Shown here: positions 50,428 to 55,927 of the stretch, piece by piece | Numbering within the stretch: position 1 is the stretch's first letter | Layout: every line of letters starts with the position of its first letter | Origin: a virus | Lineage: Duplodnaviria > Caudoviricetes | Length of the DNA stretch: 55,927 nucleotides | Direction: 5' to 3' (one strand) | IMG/VR virus record: IMGVR_UViG_3300042389_000953 | Coordinates: 1 to 55,927 of that record | Program-made: the position numbers and the translations under genes | The notes under the pieces: generated by a model | Told to the model about the DNA's origin: nothing | The model's input: the letters and a program-made list of their open reading frames with translations, nothing else | Database searches by the model: none

Positions 50428-51120
50428 ATGGCTCGCACAATCGAGTTCGACGTGGAGCGCATCTTCCGTAAGCTGAATGTGCTGGAAGGTACGCAGATCA
50501 AATACGCCGCTAAGCGGACCATGGCTCGCTTCGGCTATGAGGCCCGCGAGTACCTTGTAATGAAGATGGTAGGTAGCTTTAAGAATCCCGTTGACTACAC
50601 ACTACAGTCACCGCTATACGATAAGCAGCTAATTGAAACACCTAACAGCGTCGCCGTAAGATTATACATTAGCACTGATAGCTCTAAAGGTAATGCGCCA
50701 ACCTCCTACCTTTACCCGGTGGATCGCGGTAGCGCATCCAACGAGGCCTACTTAGGCCGCTTTGCACGCGGCTTGGCTAAGACTGGCGTAACGACTAAGT
50801 TTCCGGTGCCGTATAAGCAAGGTTCTAAAGTACAGCGCAATAAATTCGGCAATATGGAAGGTAGCCAGTACCAAGAGGTGCTAAAAGCGGTGCAGCGGAA
50901 AGGTGGAACGATCTTCGCCCTGCCGAACGGCTCCCCAGGCGGCCTGCTGCCTCCCGGCATCTACAAACGCGAGGGCCGATCCGCCTTCCTCCTCTTCGCG
51001 CTCCTCAACAGCACTCCTACCGTCTACTCCCCATTCGACTCCTACAACGCCGTCCGCCTTCTGGCCAACCAACGCCTCCCTAAGCTGATAGGCGAAGAAC
51101 TGGCCAAAGCCCTGCGCTAA
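50428..51120 (+). CDS. Basic phage protein, possibly neck/minor tail (gpZ-like)
   Basis: Q..YA....M..., F.NP..YT, N.FGN, GIY.R pattern. Confidence 0.5.
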   Translation: MARTIEFDVERIFRKLNVLEGTQIKYAAKRTMARFGYEAREYLVMKMVGSFKNPVDYTLQSPLYDKQLIETPNSVAVRLYISTDSSKGNAPTSYLYPVDRGSASNEAYLGRFARGLAKTGVTTKFPVPYKQGSKVQRNKFGNMEGSQYQEVLKAVQRKGGTIFALPNGSPGGLLPPGIYKREGRSAFLLFALLNSTPTVYSPFDSYNAVRLLANQRLPKLIGEELAKALR

Positions 51121-51252
51121 GCTGCGCCGCTAAGCTGCGCCGCTGCGCTGCTGCGCCGCTTAGCTTACGTTTTACAACACCCCTTACACGACCCCTTACC
51201 CCGCTTCAGCTTACGTGTGCTACGCTTACTCGTGTTCAACCCCTTAGCACCG

Positions 51253-51984
51253 ATGCTTACACCCCTTATCCGCCTGGCCGACGCCGCCTACCGCGCTGGC
51301 GTCCCCCTTATGTCAGACGCCGCCTTCGATCGCCTGGCCAGCCTCGCCCCCAACGCCCTGCCCCCACTTTCCACGCTGCTTAGCCTCGACTGCCACCCCG
51401 ACCCGCACGACTGGCTGGAGCGCAACCCCGGCCCCTACGCCGTCCAACTCAAAGCCGACGGCGTAAGCGTCAACCTCGTCTACCTCGACGGCCGCTTCAG
51501 CCACGCCCACCTACGCAGCGGCCGTGACTGCACCGATGCTGCCCTCCGCGCTGGTGCGCTGCTCGACCTCCCCGGCTCCCCCGTGGGCCGCGTCGAAGTC
51601 CGCTGCGAGGCCATGGCGTTCGCCTACACAAACCCCGGCAAGCCCCCCACCCGCAACGCCTGCGCCGCCGCCCTCCGCCGTAAGGGGCTGCAGGACAAAC
51701 TCAACCTCAGCCTGCTCGCTTTCGACATCACCGGCATCGACGCCATCACCACACACTGCGGCGCCCTCACTTGGCTCAAGTGCGCCGGCTTCGCCACCCT
51801 CGACGCCCTGGAAGCCGCCACCGCCACCGAGGTGCTTGAGCTGTTCGACGCCTTCTGCGTCTGCCAGCCCACCCTGCCCTTCCCCTGCGACGGCATCACC
51901 GTCAAGCTCGACTCCAAGATCCGCCAACGCCAGCTCGGCAACGACTCCCGCGCCCCTAAGTGGGCGATAAGCATGAAGCCGTAA
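51253..51984 (+). CDS. Stand-alone NAD-dependent DNA ligase adenylation domain
   Basis: AY....PLMSDAAFD (Ia), KADG (I), EVRCE (III), RNACAAALR, DGITVK (IV), PKWAISMK (V) then stop. Confidence 0.85.
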   Translation: MLTPLIRLADAAYRAGVPLMSDAAFDRLASLAPNALPPLSTLLSLDCHPDPHDWLERNPGPYAVQLKADGVSVNLVYLDGRFSHAHLRSGRDCTDAALRAGALLDLPGSPVGRVEVRCEAMAFAYTNPGKPPTRNACAAALRRKGLQDKLNLSLLAFDITGIDAITTHCGALTWLKCAGFATLDALEAATATEVLELFDAFCVCQPTLPFPCDGITVKLDSKIRQRQLGNDSRAPKWAISMKP

Positions 51985-52044
51985 GCCGCGCAGCGCTAAG
52001 CCGCGGCACTAAGTCGCCCCAACGTCCTACGCACGCACCTACTC

Positions 52045-52446
52045 ATGTCCTTAGCTCGTCAGCTCTATCCAAACGCCTTTCAGCGTAAGTACCAGCGCAT
52101 TGACAATTACGAACCCATAATCAACCATTTAGGCAAACCCTTAGTACACACAGACACAGATCCTTATCAAGGAGACGCGCTAGTCCTACTTCGCACAGAT
52201 ACCGGCTACGGCTTTCTTGTATTCGGTTATGGCAGCTGCTCAGGTTGCGACGCCCTGCAAGCCTGCGATTCCTACGAAGACTTAGAGTCTTTAATCGACG
52301 ACCTTATCGCGTCCATGAAAACCTTCGACACCTTGGCCGATGCGCAACTTCACATCGCAAACAACAACTACCACGAATTGCGCTACCATTACCATCTAAA
52401 GGAATGGCAGGAGTTTCGCTCCGCCTGCCTAAGCCTCGACGCCTAA
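52045..52446 (+). CDS. Hypothetical phage protein
   Basis: YQGD...GYGSCSGCD motif. Confidence 0.7.
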   Translation: MSLARQLYPNAFQRKYQRIDNYEPIINHLGKPLVHTDTDPYQGDALVLLRTDTGYGFLVFGYGSCSGCDALQACDSYEDLESLIDDLIASMKTFDTLADAQLHIANNNYHELRYHYHLKEWQEFRSACLSLDA

Positions 52447-52501
52447 GCCTCGACGCCTAAGCCGCGGCACTGCCCCACACCACGTACCCACACTTAGTCT
52501 C

Positions 52502-52738
52502 ATGAGTCTCACCCCCATGCCTGGCACGCCCCTCACCCCGGAGCGCCGCCCCCTTACACCCACCGCCGCCTTACGCGAGGCCAAACTCCGCCTAGCCAAC
52601 GACATCGAGAACCTCCTCGACACCTTCACTAAGCTGACGGACCTAAGCGTAAGTGAAATCTATGTAGAGCAAGTGCTCATGCACACGCCTCACCCCACAT
52701 TCAACCGCCACCTCGTACGCCTGCGCATAAGTCTGTGA
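52502..52738 (+). CDS. Hypothetical protein
   Basis: ATG ORF in cluster of small genes. Confidence 0.55.
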   Translation: MSLTPMPGTPLTPERRPLTPTAALREAKLRLANDIENLLDTFTKLTDLSVSEIYVEQVLMHTPHPTFNRHLVRLRISL

Positions 52739-52884
52739 ACCGCAAACTCCTCACAATCTGCGACGTAATCTGCTTCGCAATCACGGCTGGAACGATCGCC
52801 CTGCTCGCCTGGGGCATCACCACCTACCCCTCCCCCACCCACAGCGGCACACAACCCCTAAGCCGCCCCACACCCACGCGCTAA
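52735..52884 (+). CDS. Small membrane protein, not in ORF track
   Basis: GTGA-coupled; one TM helix. Confidence 0.45.
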   Translation: MNRKLLTICDVICFAITAGTIALLAWGITTYPSPTHSGTQPLSRPTPTR

Positions 52885-52938
52885 GCGCTACGCCGCCCAA
52901 CTGCCCCTTACCCCTTACCCCTTACCACGCCGCAGCTT

Positions 52939-53115
52939 ATGACCCTCCTACCGTTTACCTGCAGCGCGTCCCGTCCTGGTGCGCCACTTATCCGCATCGG
53001 CATCCTGGCCCGCTCCAAGAGCGACGCCCACACCACCGCCACCGAACTCTTCCCCGCCTATACCATCGGCCTTGTCGAACTCAGCCCCGAGTGGACCGAT
53101 AAGCACGACGCCTAA
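52939..53115 (+). CDS. Small hypothetical protein (58 aa), not in ORF track
   Basis: MTLLPFTCSASRPGAPLIRIGILARSKSDAHTTATELFP... Confidence 0.5.
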   Translation: MTLLPFTCSASRPGAPLIRIGILARSKSDAHTTATELFPAYTIGLVELSPEWTDKHDA

Positions 53116-53153
53116 GCTTCCACGCATCCAAGCACCTACGCCGCCCCTTACTT

Positions 53154-53351
53154 ATGACAGCATCCAACCTGCAACTTACGCAGCTTAAGCGTTACTGGTT
53201 CCAGATCGAGTCCACTAACCAAATCCAGTGCGTGTGGGCCGTAAGCTTTACCGAGGCCAAAGACAAAGCCGCTAAGCGTTACCTACCGCAGTGGCGTGGC
53301 ATCAGCTGGATCGACGTAAGCGGCGGCACCTCCACAGGGCGAGACTCATGA
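53154..53351 (+). CDS. Hypothetical protein
   Basis: KRYWFQI.....V.A.SF.EAK.KA. Confidence 0.55.
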   Translation: MTASNLQLTQLKRYWFQIESTNQIQCVWAVSFTEAKDKAAKRYLPQWRGISWIDVSGGTSTGRDS

Positions 53352-53403
53352 GTCTCACACCCCAGCGCCTAAGCTCCGCCACTCCCCTTACCCCTTAGCA
53401 CCT

Positions 53404-53712
53404 ATGCCGCGCCTCCTTACCCGCCACCAACTGCTAAGCCTCTACTACACCATCCCCACCACCTCCACTTACGAAGACCGCTTAGTCGCCTATGGCAATG
53501 CGGTCCAGTCCTGGCTAAGCAGCCCCGAATCGGAAGATCCGCGCAGCCCGCTCTCCTCCCTCTGCTTACCGCAGCGCATTTACGGCGCCCTCCGCCGCGC
53601 CGGCTACACCTACGTCGATGACGTGCGCAACGCCACCGACGCCCAACTGCTCAGCGCCCGCGACTTCGGCCCTAAGGGGTTGCGCCTGCTCCGCCAAGCG
53701 CTAAGCGGCTAA
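53404..53712 (+). CDS. Protein with RNA polymerase alpha-CTD-like domain
   Basis: L..L.L..R.Y.AL.RAG...V.D......L....FG.K.L..L..AL. Confidence 0.75.
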   Translation: MPRLLTRHQLLSLYYTIPTTSTYEDRLVAYGNAVQSWLSSPESEDPRSPLSSLCLPQRIYGALRRAGYTYVDDVRNATDAQLLSARDFGPKGLRLLRQALSG

Positions 53713-53859
53713 GCGGCTAAGAGGCGGTGGAACGCTCACCGCTGAGCCTGTGTTACAAAATCTTACGTGGCCTGGCTGTCCAGCCTAAGTGGGCGGCGAT
53801 GCCTTAATGTACTTGCACAGCGCACCAATAGCGCTCCCCCACCCCTTCACTTAAACACC

Positions 53860-54990
53860 GTGACTTACCTGCTCACCAACCAGGCCACCCACTCCGACAC
53901 CACCGAGGCCCGCAGGGTCTCACGGATGCAGCGCCACGAGATCACCAGCGGCTACAGCCGTGACCGCCACCTCCTGCTCACCTCGCCGCCGCAGATCGCA
54001 CTGCAGGCCGGTGGTACGCCCATCGGCCCCGACGCCACACCCCGCCAAGCCTTCGCCGCAGCCGGCGCCGACTTCGCCGTAAGCGCGAAGCCGATCGCAT
54101 TCGACAACGCTGTCGAGTACGGCGGCGATGCCCCTGAGTCCGACTGGCGCTGCGTAAGCAGCCACAAGGCGATCGTCCGCGAGGACATCGGCCGCTGCCT
54201 GGGCATTGTGGGTCGTAATTACACCCCCGTTCAGAACGAAGCGCTCATCGGCCTCTTCGACTTCCTGCACGAAGACGCCAAGATCGACAACATCGTCACC
54301 CTGCGCCACGGCGCTAAGACGATCGTGACCGCATCCCTGGCGATCGAAGGTGAGGTGAAAGAGGGCGACACCATCCGCCGCTACCTGCACGCCTTCAACA
54401 GCTTCGACGGCAGCAGCAGCCTTGGCGTGTTCTTCAGCGACATGCGCATGGTCTGCAGCAACCAGATCTCTTACATCACCGGCAAGGGCGCCCGCAAAGC
54501 CTCCAAGGCTGGCGAGGGCCTGCTGATGCGCCACACCTCCGGTGTGCAGGAGTTCGCCAAGCGACTGCCCCAGCTCATCGACCTGCAGAACCGCTGCTTT
54601 GAGCAAGACCTCGCCGAGCTGCGCCCCCTCACCACCATGCGCCTCACCACCGAGGCGGCCCGCGCCATCCTTGAGGCCACCTTTGCCGACAAGCTGAGCA
54701 CCCCCGTCACCGACAAGGACAGCGGCAAGAAGCGCCAGCGCACCCTCGACGACCTCACCGAAATCCCCCTCATCCGTTCCCACTACGGCAAGGGCACCGG
54801 CATCGGCATCGACACCGCCGACAAGTCCGTCTGGAACATGCTCCAAGCCATCACCCAGAACCAAACCCACGACCTGGGCCGCGGCGCCACCGACCTGGAC
54901 CGTGCCCGTGCCCGCCTGGAATCCCTCTGGGGCGGCGACTCCGCCAAGCGCATCGCCCGCGCTAAGCAGGCGTGTCTCGCCGCTATCTAA
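53860..54990 (+). CDS. DUF932/DUF945-family phage/plasmid protein; start uncertain
   Basis: LGIVG..YTPVQN, NSFDGSS, R.VCSN, RHT, W....A.T....H. Confidence 0.85.
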   Translation: MTYLLTNQATHSDTTEARRVSRMQRHEITSGYSRDRHLLLTSPPQIALQAGGTPIGPDATPRQAFAAAGADFAVSAKPIAFDNAVEYGGDAPESDWRCVSSHKAIVREDIGRCLGIVGRNYTPVQNEALIGLFDFLHEDAKIDNIVTLRHGAKTIVTASLAIEGEVKEGDTIRRYLHAFNSFDGSSSLGVFFSDMRMVCSNQISYITGKGARKASKAGEGLLMRHTSGVQEFAKRLPQLIDLQNRCFEQDLAELRPLTTMRLTTEAARAILEATFADKLSTPVTDKDSGKKRQRTLDDLTEIPLIRSHYGKGTGIGIDTADKSVWNMLQAITQNQTHDLGRGATDLDRARARLESLWGGDSAKRIARAKQACLAAI

Positions 54991-55054
54991 GCCGTAGCGC
55001 TGCTTAGCCGCAGCGCTACTTAGCCGCAGCGCTGCTTAGCCGCAGCGCTACTTA
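54991..55054. repeat. 16-bp tandem repeat GCCGYAGCGCTRCTTA x4
   Basis: Read directly. Confidence 0.92.
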
Positions 55055-55082
55055 GCCCCACTTACCCCTCGCCCTACCAACC

Positions 55083-55370
55083 ATGTCTACGTCCCTCCTC
55101 TACTTAGCCGACCACTTCACCTACGAGCAGCGCATAAGCCCGCCGCCGACCGCCTACGGCCGCACCGCCTCGGGCTACGGCAACAGGATCGCCACCGATT
55201 GGCTGGTACGCATAAGCGGCAGCACTGGTACGCAGCCCGCTCTCTACGGCGGCGACTGCCGCTGGCGCCGCGTCTACGCGACCTGCTGGAGCAACTCCGC
55301 CTCCCTCTGGGTAAACGTGCCGGGGCATCGCTTCTACTTCCGCGACTGCGACCTAAGCCACACGGCGTAA
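55083..55370 (+). CDS. Hypothetical phage protein
   Basis: TASGYG.RI.T...RRVY..CWSN motif. Confidence 0.65.
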   Translation: MSTSLLYLADHFTYEQRISPPPTAYGRTASGYGNRIATDWLVRISGSTGTQPALYGGDCRWRRVYATCWSNSASLWVNVPGHRFYFRDCDLSHTA

Positions 55371-55629
55371 AACGCTGGTACGACAGCGCTCCACTAAGCC
55401 TGGAGCGCTAAGCTAATAAGTTTTAAGTTGCGCTTGGAAAAATTTGAGACATGCGCACTGCCGGTTCTTTAAGCAAAATTTTACGCACGCCTAAGCCGAA
55501 AAATTTAGGAACTTGCGGGGGGTCGGTTCTTAAGGCACTTTTTCACACACACAAACTTACACAACTTCTCGCACCCCCTCACCCACTCCGGCAGCGAGGC
55601 GGCGCCCCGCGCCCCCACAGCTCCCGCCG

Positions 55630-55724
55630 TGTACACCTGTACTATAGTACAAGTGTACGCTAGTACAGCCGTACCTATAGTACAGCCGTACCGTAGTACA
55701 GCCGTACGCTAGTACAGCCGTACT
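55630..55724. promoter_or_regulatory. Array of 12 GTAC at 8-bp period (LexA-box-like GTAC-N4-GTAC)
   Basis: GTAC at 55631, 39, 47, 55, 63, 71, 80, 88, 96, 55704, 12, 20; the repeat is certain, the function inferred. Confidence 0.55.
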
Positions 55725-55776
55725 GCCCCTGCCGGCCCATGCGGTCATGCCGGTAGCGTTATAAGGGGTTAGGTAG

Positions 55777-55927
55777 GCTAACCCGCTGAGAGTTAGGTGA
55801 GCTAACCCGCTGAGAGTTAGGTGAGCTAACCCGCTGAGAGTTAGGTGAGCTAACCCGCTGAGAGTTAGGTGAGCTAACCCGCTGAGAGTTAGGTGAGCTA
55901 ACCCGCTGAGAGTTAGGTGAGCTAACC
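55777..55927. repeat. 24-bp tandem repeat GCTAACCCGCTGAGAGTTAGGTGA x6.3 (runs off the right edge)
   Basis: Exact copies; each contains CTAAC-N9-GTTAG inverted repeat. Confidence 0.97.

Noticed and set aside
53920-54870. 316-aa antisense ORF (also 6955-7590, 7630-8226, 10670-11305, 46417-47193)
   Set aside because: Shadows of strongly codon-biased real genes; no recognisable motifs
55630-55724. NtcA boxes (GTA-N8-TAC)
   Set aside because: GTAC spacing of 8-9 bp gives GTA-N6/N7-TAC, not N8
55777-55927. CRISPR array
   Set aside because: Units are contiguous with no unique spacers; same for the 34-mer at 189-314; no cas operon
1-55927. Integrase/repressor lysogeny module, protelomerase, tRNAs, DNA methyltransferase, stop-codon recoding
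   Set aside because: None recognised; genes read intact in the standard code. Divergent ones could be missed without searches

Overview
Near-complete genome (~56 kb, GC-rich) of a lambda-like tailed dsDNA phage (siphovirus architecture), most likely infecting a cyanobacterium. Host clues are a cyanobacterial-type group 1/2 sigma factor, an NblA-like gene and cyanobacterial LexA-box-like sites. Layout: repeat-rich left end; packaging/head/tail genes on + (608-29.6 kb); a collagen-like fibre + glycosyltransferase block; lysis genes; a leftward operon (primase-helicase, PolA, small genes, NrdR-like protein, sigma factor, dNMP kinase); a rightward block (SSB, exonuclease, antirepressor-like protein, stand-alone NAD-ligase adenylation domain, alpha-CTD-like protein, DUF932); repeat-rich right end. 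No integrase, tRNA, rRNA or CRISPR was recognised. Most unusual signals: (1) pervasive over-representation of TAAG/CTTA, also present in most short intergenic tandem duplications; (2) stacked tandem-repeat arrays at both ends, including a phased 12x GTAC LexA-box-like array; (3) a LigA nucleotidyltransferase domain ending exactly at motif V; (4) a multidomain protease-capsid polyprotein with a HiPIP-like Cys motif; (5) duplicated gpI tail-tip proteins with different C-termini beside a shortened gpJ. All family assignments are by visual motif recognition; no database search was run.
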